Below, one piece after another: positions 1 through 10,257 of a stretch of DNA of 64,000 nt (position 1 is the stretch's first letter; each line of letters begins with the position of its first letter). The notes beneath the pieces are model-generated. The model ran no database searches. It was not told the origin of the DNA and was given only the letters and a program-made list of their open reading frames with translations. The position numbers were made by a program, and so were the translations under genes. The DNA lies in contig JBBTRB010000004.1 of NCBI GenBank assembly GCA_038065395.1, forward strand, positions 6,042 to 70,041, read 5' to 3'. The DNA is from Patescibacteria group bacterium. Its GTDB lineage: Bacteria > Patescibacteriota > Minisyncoccia > Phycocordibacterales > PALSA-1337.

Positions 1-3000
1 CCATCACCATAGGAAGTGCTTTTAGAGATTTGGAAATACAGACTCGAGACGTCATCTTCTCAACTGGAGTGGGTGCAGCCACTGAAGCAATGCGTCTTTT
101 GAATACCGGTAACCTCGGTGTGGGTACATCTTCTCCATACGCCAAACTCTCCGTAGTGGGTGAGATCGTCGGTGCATACTTCACTGCTACCACCACAGCT
201 ACATCAACATTCGGGGGTTCACTGGCAGTGACCGAAGCAAACGCAACCTCTACCTTCGCAGGAGGTATTGATCTCTCTGATGGATGTTTCGCTCTCGATG
301 GTGTGTGTATTGGGGCGGGTAGTGGTGCTGGCACAGTCAACTCTGGAACCCTCGGCCAAGTAGCATTCTATGCAGCGAACGGTACTGCAGTCTCTGGTAC
401 CTCGACACTCATTCTCCTCGATGAGAAGGTGGGTATTGGAACTTCATCTCCATGGGCCACCCTCGCAGTCAACCCAGTAGCAGGCCTTGCCGCTAACCAA
501 TTCGTCATAGGTTCATCTACCGCAACTGCTTTCATTGTTAACAATAGTGGGAATGTGGGGGTTGGTACGTCGAGTATAAAGAGTAAGCTCGCTATTCAGA
601 GAACGGATGGAAGTCACGTGGAAGTTTTCCCTAATTCTGGCGATTTACTCGAAATATATCAGGCTGCCGATGAAATTCGCGCTCTTCATATTGATTCGGA
701 TGGTAATACTACCATTGCAAATAGTGTCGGAAACATGTTCACTTCATCTGGTTCATCGGTCTCACTTGCGGCAGTCAATGGAATAGCACGTTTCTTCATT
801 GATACTACAAGCAACGTCGGCATCGGCACCACCTCCCCATACGCCAAACTCTCCGTAGTGGGTGAGATCGTCGGTGCATACTTCACAGCCACAACCACAG
901 CTACATCAACATTCGGGGGTTCACTGGCAGTGACCGAAGCAAACGCAACCTCTACCTTCGCAGGAGGTATTGATCTCTCTGATGGATGTTTCGCTCTCGA
1001 TGGTGTGTGTATTGGGGCGGGTGCAGGATCGGGGACTGTCAATACAGGAACAGCAGGATACTTTGCATACTATCCAGCATCCAACACTACTGTAGATGAT
1101 CAAACAGTTCTCAATATTTCAGGATCTAATATAGGTATTGGTACATCGTCGCCATATGCAACATTGTCAGTCGTAGGTCAAGTTGTCGCATCACATTTCA
1201 ATGCTACATCAACTACAGCAACTTCAACGATCGCCAACGCATTGATTATTGGCAATTCGAACAATCTTAATGCTGATACGATCCCTCTCAGGATCAATAG
1301 TAATCAAACGAGCTTGGAATGGTGGACAGAATTCTCTGGAACTTCAGATGATCAGATCAAGATAGGTCGTGATGCGGCTACGGGACATGCGAAGATCCAG
1401 GCATTCAGAGACAACTCAGTCCACTCTCTCCTCCTCAACCCTGCTGGCGGTAGAGTCGGAGTCGCTACCACATCTCCTTTTGCCCGCTTCGCCATCAACC
1501 CACTCGCAGGAGACCTCTTTGCTTTCGCTATCGGTTCATCCACAAAGTCGCTTCTTGCTGTGTCCACTGAAGGATTTGGCACAACTACTCTTGCGGGTCT
1601 CAATATCTCAGGTCAAGCAACATCCACCTCGAACGTTGGATTCAATATCTCAGCGGGATGTTTTGCTATCAACGGCACCTGTATATCAGGTGGTGGTGCA
1701 GGATCTGGAACAGTCAACTCTGGTACTATCGGTCAAGTAGCCTTCTACTCAGCAAACGGCACTGCAGTATCTGGAACTTCTACCCTTATCCTTCTTGATG
1801 AGAAGGTGGGTATTGGTACGTCGTCACCATACGCAAAGCTCTCTGTTGTCGGGGAAGTTGTAGCACGTAACTTCACTGCTACGTCGACTACGGCGACCAC
1901 GACACTCGCAGGAGGCTTGCATGTGAACTCGGGTGCATTGGTAACAAACTTCTCGACAGGAGTTACTACCATCAGTACTCTTGAAGCCGGTAACTTCAAC
2001 TTCGAGGATAATGCAGGTATCAATAGTTGGGCAGATCTGACAGTCACATCTTCTGCTCCGGTTGATACTCCGCAGGGTTACATCGCATTCCTTGATGGTA
2101 ATCCTATGTTCTCGATATACGGAGAGTCGAATGGTACAGGTGTAGTGAAGAAGACTGCGGTGGGTATTGGAACATCGACTCCGTTCGCGCTCCTCTCTGT
2201 GCAAAATAATGCATTTGCTGCTTCTAGTACGTACAGTGTCTTCATTGCCTCATCAACTGCTGCATTTGCTACAACTACACATTTTGCGATCACAAATACA
2301 GGTAATGTCGGATTCGGTACATCTTCCCCATGGGCAACTCTCGCAGTTAACCCATCTGCAGGCTTTTCCTCTAACCAATTCGTCATCGGCTCATCAACAG
2401 CAACCAGCTTCCTCGTCACCAACAGAGGATTCGTAGGAGTAGGTACAACCTCACCATCTGCCCGCTTCGCCATCAACCCACTTGCAGGTGACCTCTTCGC
2501 CTTCGCTATCGGCTCATCTACCAAATCACTTTTGTCAGTATCAACCGAAGGATTTGGCACAACCACTCTCGCAGGGCTTGATATCTCTGGTCAAGCAACA
2601 TCTACCTCTAACGTTGGATTCAATATCTCAGCGGGATGTTTTGCTATCAACGGCACCTGTATATCAGGTGGTGGTGCAGGATCTGGAACAGTCAACTCTG
2701 GTACTATCGGTCAAGTAGCCTTCTACTCAGCAAACGGCACTGCAGTATCTGGAACTTCTACCCTTATCCTTCTTGATGAGAAGGTGGGTATTGGTACGTC
2801 GTCACCATACGCAAAGCTCTCTGTTGTCGGGGAAGTTGTAGCACGTAACTTCACTGCTACGTCGACTACGGCGACGAGTACGTTTGCAGCTACGACAACC
2901 GTGACTAATCTCCTTGCTAACAAGTTCGTAGATACCAACCAGAGTCGCTGGTTGTCATTGGCAGAGCTCGGTGGTAACCGTGGCTTCGGTCGATTTACCC

Positions 3001-6000
3001 AGTACAACCCAACAGTTGCGACTACCTCGTTCCATGCACCGACGAACTATTATCTCGCCACATCGACATTGAATTTGAGTTCATCTCGCTCGACGAACGA
3101 TTCGGGTGCCACATACAACCCTGTCAACAACTCGATCCTGATGATCAACAATAGTAACCTCATTTACGAGCATGATCTCGATGGTAAACTCCTCCGTACT
3201 ATCACCCTCGTCGGATTTGCTGATACAGAGTCTCTTGTCTGGATGTATGATGATATGTTTGCGATCGGCGAAGAATCGGCAGGTATGGGTATCAACTTTG
3301 GCCTCCGTATTCCGAATGGTACAACGACGATCAATAGAAACCTTGCTACACGTATAGACCTTACAGGTACGTTCGGTACTTCGAACCAAGGTGTCGAAGG
3401 TCTAGCATACGATCTCGATCGAGATGTCTTCTATATCGGTATCGAAGGCACAGGAGATACCATGAGTGTCTACACAGTTACTCGTTCAGGTGCGGTATCC
3501 GTAACGTTCTCAACATCAACATGGGCAGCTGCCGACATTGGTGATATTTCGGATCTCTACTATGACCGCAATACCGGACATATGTTCGCCGGAGTTGACC
3601 AGTGTAATGGTGAAGCCAACGGACCAGCATCGACGTTGTGTGACGGTATGATCGAGATCGATATGACGACAGGTGCGATCATCGACAAGATACATGCCCC
3701 TGCTGGCTTTAGTCAGGTTGAGGGTATCGGCTTTACTCCAGATGGACGTCTGATGTTCATGACCAGTGAAGGAGACATGTTCGCCAAATACATCGCCCAA
3801 GACCGTGGCACACCATTCTCCTTCGTCCAGTTCGCATCATCCACACCAGTCAACCTCAGTGTTCTCACTAACATCGGAGTAGGAACATCTACACCAGAAT
3901 ACGGCATCACAATCGCCACATCTACCAAGTCACAACTGGCCCTCTCTGCAGGTGCAGGTATCGCACAATGGGCATTCCGTAATGCAGGAGGTAATCTCTA
4001 TCTCAGTACCACTACTGTACTTGGTACAGCTACTACCTCTATCTCTGCCCTTGAAATCGCAGGAGATGGCTTCGGTACTACTACCCTTCGAGGTCTCAGT
4101 ATTCTCGGTCAAGCTACCTCTACCTCTAACGTCGGCTTCAATATCACGTCTGGCTGTTATGCAGTCAACGGTACTTGTGTCGGTGGTGGAGGTGTCGGTG
4201 GTGGATACTCAACCGTTCAAGATGAAGGCTCAGGTCTTGCTGCTCGATCCATCCTCAACTTCCTTGGCACTGGGGTGAGTTGCGTGGATGACGGTGTTGA
4301 TTCCACTGACTGTACGATCACTGCCGGTGCAGGATCGATGGCAATCGGTTCATCGGTGACAAGTGGAACGTCAGGTTCAGTCTTGTTCGTTGATAGTGGT
4401 GGTTTATTGGCTCAAGACAACAGTCATTTCTTCTGGGATGAGACGAACAACCGTCTCGGCCTCGGTACTACCTCGCCATACGCCAAACTCTCAGTGGTTG
4501 GTGAAGTCGTAGCCTCACACTTTACAGCAACATCTACCACTGCTACGAGTACATTCGCAGCTACGACAACAGTTCGCAATATAGTCTTCAATGGCAAACT
4601 AGTAGACACCAACCAGAGTCGCTGGTTGTCATTGGCAGAACTTGGTGGTAACCGTGGTTTCGGTCGCTTCACTCAGTACAACCCGACAGTTGCAACTACG
4701 ACATTCCACCCACCAACGAACTATTATCTCGCAACGTCTACGCTCAATTTGAGTTCTGTGACAGCCTCTAACAACTCTGGTGTCACCTATAACCCTGTTA
4801 ACAATAGCTTGTTCTTCATAAACAACAGTAACTTCATCTACGAACACGACCTTGATGGTAAGCATATACGTACTATTACCCTGGCAAACTTTACCGACAC
4901 GGAAGCATTGGCTTGGATGTATGATGATATGTTCGTGATCGGGGATGAGCAAGGAGGTCGCATAACGTATCTCCGTCTCCCGAATGGCACAACGACAGTC
5001 AACCGCAACGTAGGTACTACCATCTCCACATCAGCGACTTTTGGTGTGGGCAACTCGACTATCGAAGGCGTCACCTACGACCTCGATCGAGATGTCTTCT
5101 ATATCGGTATCGAGGGTTCTGGAACTGGTGCAGGAGTATATACGGTCACGCGTTCGGGTACGATCACGGCGACATTCTCTACCTCAACCTGGCAGACTGC
5201 CAACATTGGAGATGTATCAGACCTCTACTATGACCGCAACACTGGACATATGTTCGCCTCCGTTGACCAGTGTTACGGTGAGTCCAACGGTGTTGCGTCT
5301 ACGCTCTGTGACGGATTCATTGAGATCGATATGACAACAGGCGCGATTATTGACAAGATCAGTGCGCCATCAGGATTCTTCCAGGTCGAAGGTATCGGAT
5401 TCACTCCAGATGGACGACTCATGTTCTTGGATGGAGAAAACGACATGTTCGCCAAATACATCGCCCAAGACCGTGGCACACCATTCTCCTTCGTCCAGTT
5501 CGCATCATCCACACCAGTCAACCTCAGTGTTCTCACTAACATCGGAGTAGGAACATCTACACCAGAATACGGCATCACAATCGCCACATCTACCAAGTCA
5601 CAACTGGCCCTCTCTGCAGGTGCAGGTATCGCACAATGGGCATTCCGTAATGCAGGAGGTAATCTCTATCTCAGTACCACTACTGTACTTGGTACAGCTA
5701 CTACCTCTATCTCTGCCCTTGAAATCGCAGGAGATGGCTTCGGTACTACTACCCTTCGAGGTCTCAGTATTCTCGGTCAAGCTACCTCTACCTCTAACGT
5801 CGGCTTCAATATCACGTCTGGCTGTTATGCAGTCAACGGTACTTGTGTCGGTGGTGGAGGTGTCGGTGGTGGATACTCAACCGTTCAAGATGAAGGCTCA
5901 GGTCTTGCTGCTCGATCCATCCTCAACTTCCTTGGCACTGGGGTGAGTTGTATCGATGATGGGGTAGACTCTACCGATTGTACGATCAATACGTCTGCAG

Positions 6001-8753
6001 CATCTCTCTCCATCGGATCTGCTATCACCGGTGGCACACCAGGATCTGTCCTCTTCGTCGATGCAGGAGGTCTTATGGCACAGGACAATGCTGCGTTCTT
6101 TTGGGATTACACCAACGACAGACTCGGTCTCGGTAGCTCGACTCCATACGCAGCACTCTCGGTCGTCGCAAACGGTACCGCACCAAAATTCGTAGTCGCA
6201 ACATCAACTACTGGGGACAACCAACCACTCCTCTTCGTCAACGGTACAACGACAGGGGCACTCGACTGGGCACGTGTAGCGATCGGTACCACTACGACAT
6301 GGGGTGCAGAGTCGGGCCTCCGTGACCAGTTCACCGTGGCAGGCCGTATATATAGTACCTGGCGTGAGATGAGGTGTGACTTCCCGGGAGCGAGTTTGAC
6401 TGCACAGATAACTGCGACTACACCGAACTTCTGTGGAGGGTTCGCTTATCAGCCTGATACCTCGGGTCGCATGGAAAGTCCAGTGACTGTACAGGGAAAT
6501 GCAAACTATTCTCACAACCCACACGTGTTGCGTCTCATCTCCGGTGGAACAACAGACGCCTCTGCTTCGGGCGCTGGTGCCGCTATACGTTCGATCACTA
6601 CATTCTTTGCAGCCTCTTCGAGTCCAACGTTCGAGGTAGTTTCTCGCCTCGGCACATCGACTCAGGCATCGTTCTGGACAATGGCTTCTAGTTCTATTTA
6701 CATGATCGGTTTCCATAACATAACTGCAGGTACGGGTGGTGATGTATCTGTTATTCCTACAAATGCCATTATGTTCGTGGCAACCACGACAACCAACTGG
6801 ATAGCCCTCGTGCGTAATAACAGTACGTATACTTCATATGTCAACACAGGTGTCCCTACCACCACCTCACCAAACATTGCATTCAATCGTTTTCGTATTG
6901 AGGCGAATCAGAATGATGTCACGTTCGTGATCAATGGTAAGGTCGTGTCAAAGCTTGTAAGTAATGGCTCAAATATCCCAAGTACAAACCTCGGATACAT
7001 CATATCTGCCGGATCAACGGCTGCTGGTCGTGGCAAGACCATGGAAATCTCGCAGATACGTCTCTGGGTTGACGATCCGACTGGCGGAGGGATCTCAGAA
7101 GGTTTGCTCGCTGCTGCAAGTGACATGTCGGTCAAGAAAGAAGAAGACGAAGTCACCTTCGAAGATGTGCTGGGGGGATATAATTCTTCTGCAGAATCCG
7201 CCAATAGCATAGAGTATATGGCGAGAGACGCGCGTATGCTCGGTGAAGGAACTCTCGTGTCACTATCCACAACTACGGGTGAAGTAGTACAGAGGGCCCA
7301 AGGCACATACGATCCGTCACTATTCGGTGTAGTGAATATCTCGAGTGTACAGACGTTGGGACATATCAACGAACATACGGTAAAAGTTGCAACGGCCGGA
7401 AGAACGTACGTGCGCGTTAATACCGAAAACGGGCCAATAGTACCAGGAGATTACCTCACTTCTTCTTCTGTAGATGGAGTCGCTATGAAGGCGACAGGTG
7501 CAGGTCAGGTCATCGGACGAGCTATCGAAAAGTTCGACAAGGTTGGTGAGGAAGGACTCATCGTAACAACAGTTGAGCCATCCTATTATGTAGGTAATAC
7601 ATTCGCACTCAACTCTCTTGGCAACATGACAGCGCAGTCGTTCGCTTCACTCACTTCAAAATCTTTCGTAAAGGATGTTGAATATCTCACCGCATCGAGT
7701 ACCGAGACATTGGTAGGTGGTCTCGTTAGTATCAAGGTGTCATATTATAGAGATGTATCCGCAGCTTCGACGTCACCATTGCAGCTCGGTCTGATCACCG
7801 AAGATGTTCCATCTGAGATCAGAACCGCAGATGGGAAGCAGGTAGATCTGCTCAAGCTCTCGGCACTGATCGTGGCTGGACTCCAAGAGCAGAAAAAGAA
7901 GCTTGATGGTCTCCATATAGATACGGTTAACAATGAGCTCGTACTGAGCAAAGCTCTACGAGTAACCAGTATGGCCACATTCGGCGGAGGGCTCACGGTC
8001 GACAGTATCAGTTCTATCGGCACCAGTCTCACATTCAACAACGATACCGTATTCTTTGGCCGACCATACTTCAACACTGACACTGCAGGATTCGCAGTCA
8101 TCGGAGAGGGTGCACGAGATGTAGAAGTAGTATTCGATAGTGAGTATCTCGAACAGCCGATCGTCAACGCATCTATCGCACTCGATGATATAGGTGACGA
8201 AGATCAGGTTGCTGCAGTTTCCGAAGCATTGTTCGATCAAGATATCAGATTCCTGATCACCAAGAAGAGTGTCAAAGGATTCACGATCATCCTCAACAAG
8301 CCGGCACCACGAGATGTTCAGTTCAGTTGGATAGCCTTGGCAGTCAAAGGGGCACGAACTGCAACATCGAGTCAAGTTCAGAATCTACCTGTAGAGGAAG
8401 ACGAACAGGATCCTCAGGTTCCTGAGATCGAGATCGTCCCAGATCCAGATACACAGCCAATAGACGACACTCCGCCTCCTTCAGAAGAGGCGACGACAAC
8501 CATATCAAATGGGGAAGATGATCTTGTGACACCGCCCGTAGCAGAAGAAGAGTCGACTCAGGGAGATCAGACAGGATCGTCCCAAACAGAGGAAGAAGTA
8601 CCACAACCTGAGCCTGTTATAGAAACAGAAGATGCTCCTGAGCCAGAGGTGCAACAGACACCAGAAACATCTCAGGACTCATCAGCTGAAGATACTCCTG
8701 TGGCGTCTGATGATACAGGAGACTCGGATGAGAACGAACCAACCAATCCTTGA
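1..8753 (+). CDS. Giant repetitive Thr/Ser/Gly-rich surface/fibre protein, 5'-truncated by the window. Contains two SdiA-regulated/YjiK-like propellers, an autoproteolytic/S74-like chaperone region and an acidic C-terminal tail
   Basis: Frame is open from the window start (no stop upstream of 30). Recurrent VGIGTSSPYAKLSV and ATSTTATST motifs. Duplicated SGxTYNP..IYEHDLDGK.IRTITL..F.DTE propeller motif; GDYLTSS..GVAMKA and LGLITEDVP..LIVAGLQEQ motifs. Confidence 0.8.
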   Translation, partial: ITIGSAFRDLEIQTRDVIFSTGVGAATEAMRLLNTGNLGVGTSSPYAKLSVVGEIVGAYFTATTTATSTFGGSLAVTEANATSTFAGGIDLSDGCFALDGVCIGAGSGAGTVNSGTLGQVAFYAANGTAVSGTSTLILLDEKVGIGTSSPWATLAVNPVAGLAANQFVIGSSTATAFIVNNSGNVGVGTSSIKSKLAIQRTDGSHVEVFPNSGDLLEIYQAADEIRALHIDSDGNTTIANSVGNMFTSSGSSVSLAAVNGIARFFIDTTSNVGIGTTSPYAKLSVVGEIVGAYFTATTTATSTFGGSLAVTEANATSTFAGGIDLSDGCFALDGVCIGAGAGSGTVNTGTAGYFAYYPASNTTVDDQTVLNISGSNIGIGTSSPYATLSVVGQVVASHFNATSTTATSTIANALIIGNSNNLNADTIPLRINSNQTSLEWWTEFSGTSDDQIKIGRDAATGHAKIQAFRDNSVHSLLLNPAGGRVGVATTSPFARFAINPLAGDLFAFAIGSSTKSLLAVSTEGFGTTTLAGLNISGQATSTSNVGFNISAGCFAINGTCISGGGAGSGTVNSGTIGQVAFYSANGTAVSGTSTLILLDEKVGIGTSSPYAKLSVVGEVVARNFTATSTTATTTLAGGLHVNSGALVTNFSTGVTTISTLEAGNFNFEDNAGINSWADLTVTSSAPVDTPQGYIAFLDGNPMFSIYGESNGTGVVKKTAVGIGTSTPFALLSVQNNAFAASSTYSVFIASSTAAFATTTHFAITNTGNVGFGTSSPWATLAVNPSAGFSSNQFVIGSSTATSFLVTNRGFVGVGTTSPSARFAINPLAGDLFAFAIGSSTKSLLSVSTEGFGTTTLAGLDISGQATSTSNVGFNISAGCFAINGTCISGGGAGSGTVNSGTIGQVAFYSANGTAVSGTSTLILLDEKVGIGTSSPYAKLSVVGEVVARNFTATSTTATSTFAATTTVTNLLANKFVDTNQSRWLSLAELGGNRGFGRFTQYNPTVATTSFHAPTNYYLATSTLNLSSSRSTNDSGATYNPVNNSILMINNSNLIYEHDLDGKLLRTITLVGFADTESLVWMYDDMFAIGEESAGMGINFGLRIPNGTTTINRNLATRIDLTGTFGTSNQGVEGLAYDLDRDVFYIGIEGTGDTMSVYTVTRSGAVSVTFSTSTWAAADIGDISDLYYDRNTGHMFAGVDQCNGEANGPASTLCDGMIEIDMTTGAIIDKIHAPAGFSQVEGIGFTPDGRLMFMTSEGDMFAKYIAQDRGTPFSFVQFASSTPVNLSVLTNIGVGTSTPEYGITIATSTKSQLALSAGAGIAQWAFRNAGGNLYLSTTTVLGTATTSISALEIAGDGFGTTTLRGLSILGQATSTSNVGFNITSGCYAVNGTCVGGGGVGGGYSTVQDEGSGLAARSILNFLGTGVSCVDDGVDSTDCTITAGAGSMAIGSSVTSGTSGSVLFVDSGGLLAQDNSHFFWDETNNRLGLGTTSPYAKLSVVGEVVASHFTATSTTATSTFAATTTVRNIVFNGKLVDTNQSRWLSLAELGGNRGFGRFTQYNPTVATTTFHPPTNYYLATSTLNLSSVTASNNSGVTYNPVNNSLFFINNSNFIYEHDLDGKHIRTITLANFTDTEALAWMYDDMFVIGDEQGGRITYLRLPNGTTTVNRNVGTTISTSATFGVGNSTIEGVTYDLDRDVFYIGIEGSGTGAGVYTVTRSGTITATFSTSTWQTANIGDVSDLYYDRNTGHMFASVDQCYGESNGVASTLCDGFIEIDMTTGAIIDKISAPSGFFQVEGIGFTPDGRLMFLDGENDMFAKYIAQDRGTPFSFVQFASSTPVNLSVLTNIGVGTSTPEYGITIATSTKSQLALSAGAGIAQWAFRNAGGNLYLSTTTVLGTATTSISALEIAGDGFGTTTLRGLSILGQATSTSNVGFNITSGCYAVNGTCVGGGGVGGGYSTVQDEGSGLAARSILNFLGTGVSCIDDGVDSTDCTINTSAASLSIGSAITGGTPGSVLFVDAGGLMAQDNAAFFWDYTNDRLGLGSSTPYAALSVVANGTAPKFVVATSTTGDNQPLLFVNGTTTGALDWARVAIGTTTTWGAESGLRDQFTVAGRIYSTWREMRCDFPGASLTAQITATTPNFCGGFAYQPDTSGRMESPVTVQGNANYSHNPHVLRLISGGTTDASASGAGAAIRSITTFFAASSSPTFEVVSRLGTSTQASFWTMASSSIYMIGFHNITAGTGGDVSVIPTNAIMFVATTTTNWIALVRNNSTYTSYVNTGVPTTTSPNIAFNRFRIEANQNDVTFVINGKVVSKLVSNGSNIPSTNLGYIISAGSTAAGRGKTMEISQIRLWVDDPTGGGISEGLLAAASDMSVKKEEDEVTFEDVLGGYNSSAESANSIEYMARDARMLGEGTLVSLSTTTGEVVQRAQGTYDPSLFGVVNISSVQTLGHINEHTVKVATAGRTYVRVNTENGPIVPGDYLTSSSVDGVAMKATGAGQVIGRAIEKFDKVGEEGLIVTTVEPSYYVGNTFALNSLGNMTAQSFASLTSKSFVKDVEYLTASSTETLVGGLVSIKVSYYRDVSAASTSPLQLGLITEDVPSEIRTADGKQVDLLKLSALIVAGLQEQKKKLDGLHIDTVNNELVLSKALRVTSMATFGGGLTVDSISSIGTSLTFNNDTVFFGRPYFNTDTAGFAVIGEGARDVEVVFDSEYLEQPIVNASIALDDIGDEDQVAAVSEALFDQDIRFLITKKSVKGFTIILNKPAPRDVQFSWIALAVKGARTATSSQVQNLPVEEDEQDPQVPEIEIVPDPDTQPIDDTPPPSEEATTTISNGEDDLVTPPVAEEESTQGDQTGSSQTEEEVPQPEPVIETEDAPEPEVQQTPETSQDSSAEDTPVASDDTGDSDENEPTNP
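135..1022 (+). repeat. Intragenic direct repeat, ~186 bp (135-320 vs 837-1022)
   Basis: Near-identical DNA, offset 702, only a few synonymous mismatches. Confidence 0.9.
1632..2875 (+). repeat. Intragenic direct repeat, ~266 bp (1632-1897 vs 2610-2875)
   Basis: Identical by eye, offset 978; upstream ~150 bp also similar. Confidence 0.9.
3774..5950 (+). repeat. Intragenic direct repeat, ~509 bp (3774-4282 vs 5442-5950), within a ~1668-bp tandem module
   Basis: Identical by eye; identical off-frame ORFs 3952..4278 and 5620..5946 in the ORF track support this. Confidence 0.92.
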
Positions 8754-8766
8754 TGCCCAAGAAATA

Positions 8767-9777
8767 TTATTTTAGGGCACTTACTTGTTTGAGGGCTTCT
8801 TGATATACGACTTTTGAGAGGAGACTTGCAACATCGGACGCCTTATCCATATCTGTGCCACGTGTCATGATACAGATGAGATATGGGTGATAGGGGAGGT
8901 ATACGATACCGCAATCATGAAATTGTTTAATGTTGGAGGAGTCTGAATATCGTTCGCCAAACTTGTGTGAGACAACAGTGTCTCGAGGTAGATATTTCGT
9001 GATGCCTTTGTCGAACTCTGTCTCCGAAAGGGTAGACAGTAGCTCCTCGGAATTATGCTTACTCAGATATGATGCATTGAACAATACACGGAAAAAAGTC
9101 GCATAGTCTCTCACGTTCATAAAGTCCGCATCGCTACTCTGGGGCAGAGAAAGATGAAGATCCTCGAGTAACTTCCTGAAGCCGTCTTTCTCTGTAGCAA
9201 AAACCAGGGCTTCGGCCGCTTTGTTGTCTGAGTGTTTGATGCTGGCTTCGAGGAGTTTACGGATAGTGTGTGCCTTCGTGAGGTCGATGGATTGGGATGG
9301 TTTGAAATGCTGTTCAAAATCGATAGTCTGTAGGTCTTTGTTCGGAGGAATGATCGAGTCAAGGAGACCAGGTATTTCCTCTGATCTCTTGTAAAAATAC
9401 ATTGCAAGGGGAACTTTCATGAGCGAAGCGGGGAAGAAGTTTTCCTTCTCATTGATACCGAGCCACGGGCCGTTGTTGAGGTCACGATAATACACAGATG
9501 CATGAGTAATATCACGAGATGCCACTTTCTCCGTGATGACCTTCTCTAAAACTTCTTTGGAGGGACGTATGGTGTTTTGGGCGATGTAGTCTTGGCCGAA
9601 ACTGCATTCGAGCAATGGGTTCGTGAAAGAGGATTCAAGCGGATTCTCGCGAGATTCGTTGTAGGAACTGTATTCGCCGATAGAGTTCCTGAGCGCATGG
9701 CCTCTCCCTAGATAGAAAGCACCAATACCAACCAGGATAGGTAATACGACGAGAATAATGCGTGTATTCATGGTCAT
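8767..9777 (-). CDS. Membrane-anchored serine hydrolase, class A beta-lactamase/PBP-like fold
   Basis: N-terminal TM; SxxK (ASLMK), SDN and K(F)G motifs; no obvious ExxLN omega loop. Confidence 0.8.
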   Translation of the reverse strand: MTMNTRIILVVLPILVGIGAFYLGRGHALRNSIGEYSSYNESRENPLESSFTNPLLECSFGQDYIAQNTIRPSKEVLEKVITEKVASRDITHASVYYRDLNNGPWLGINEKENFFPASLMKVPLAMYFYKRSEEIPGLLDSIIPPNKDLQTIDFEQHFKPSQSIDLTKAHTIRKLLEASIKHSDNKAAEALVFATEKDGFRKLLEDLHLSLPQSSDADFMNVRDYATFFRVLFNASYLSKHNSEELLSTLSETEFDKGITKYLPRDTVVSHKFGERYSDSSNIKQFHDCGIVYLPYHPYLICIMTRGTDMDKASDVASLLSKVVYQEALKQVSALK

Positions 9778-9827
9778 CGAGTAGTATACTGTATAATGTA
9801 TTCATATACTATAATAATGTGAAGCTT

Positions 9828-10202
9828 ATGAAAAGCCCTGCATACACAAGAGGTTTCGTTGTTCCAATGCTCATCTTTGCCATTGTCGTTGTTTCTGGTA
9901 TCTCTTTTTATTTTTATCAGAGAGCGAGCAGAGACCCGCAGACTCGAGTCAAACAAGATGCGAGCAAACTCCTGGCAGAAATAGGTGCCATTGTGCTGTT
10001 GCCAACAGATGAGGAGCCGACCATCGCGACCATCACTGACCCAGAGAAACTCAAGGATCAAGTATTTTTCGCCAATGCCAAGCCTGGCTACAAGGTGCTG
10101 ATCTATGCCAAAGCTCGTAAAGTGTTTTTGTACGACCCTGTAGGCAAGAGGTTGATCGATGCTGCCCCTCTCTATTTTGGAGACGAGCCACTCGATAGCT
10201 AA
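9828..10202 (+). CDS. Small membrane-anchored hypothetical protein, paralog of the next gene; GF+hydrophobic (prepilin-like) N-terminus
   Basis: PTIATITDPEKLKDQxFFANAK..KVLIY motif shared with 10258..10662; start chosen at ATG 9828. Confidence 0.7.
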   Translation: MKSPAYTRGFVVPMLIFAIVVVSGISFYFYQRASRDPQTRVKQDASKLLAEIGAIVLLPTDEEPTIATITDPEKLKDQVFFANAKPGYKVLIYAKARKVFLYDPVGKRLIDAAPLYFGDEPLDS

Positions 10203-10257
10203 CAACCCCTATTGATTTGTATTGGCATGGTGTATAATAGTTCCAATATTAAGAATA

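Noticed and set aside
3774-5950. Diversity-generating retroelement TR/VR pair
   Set aside because: Copies are identical rather than adenine-specific variants, and no reverse transcriptase is present
8767-9777. Functional beta-lactam resistance gene
   Set aside because: SxxK/SDN/KxG present but no clear omega-loop Glu (ExxLN); more likely a cell-wall-related serine hydrolase
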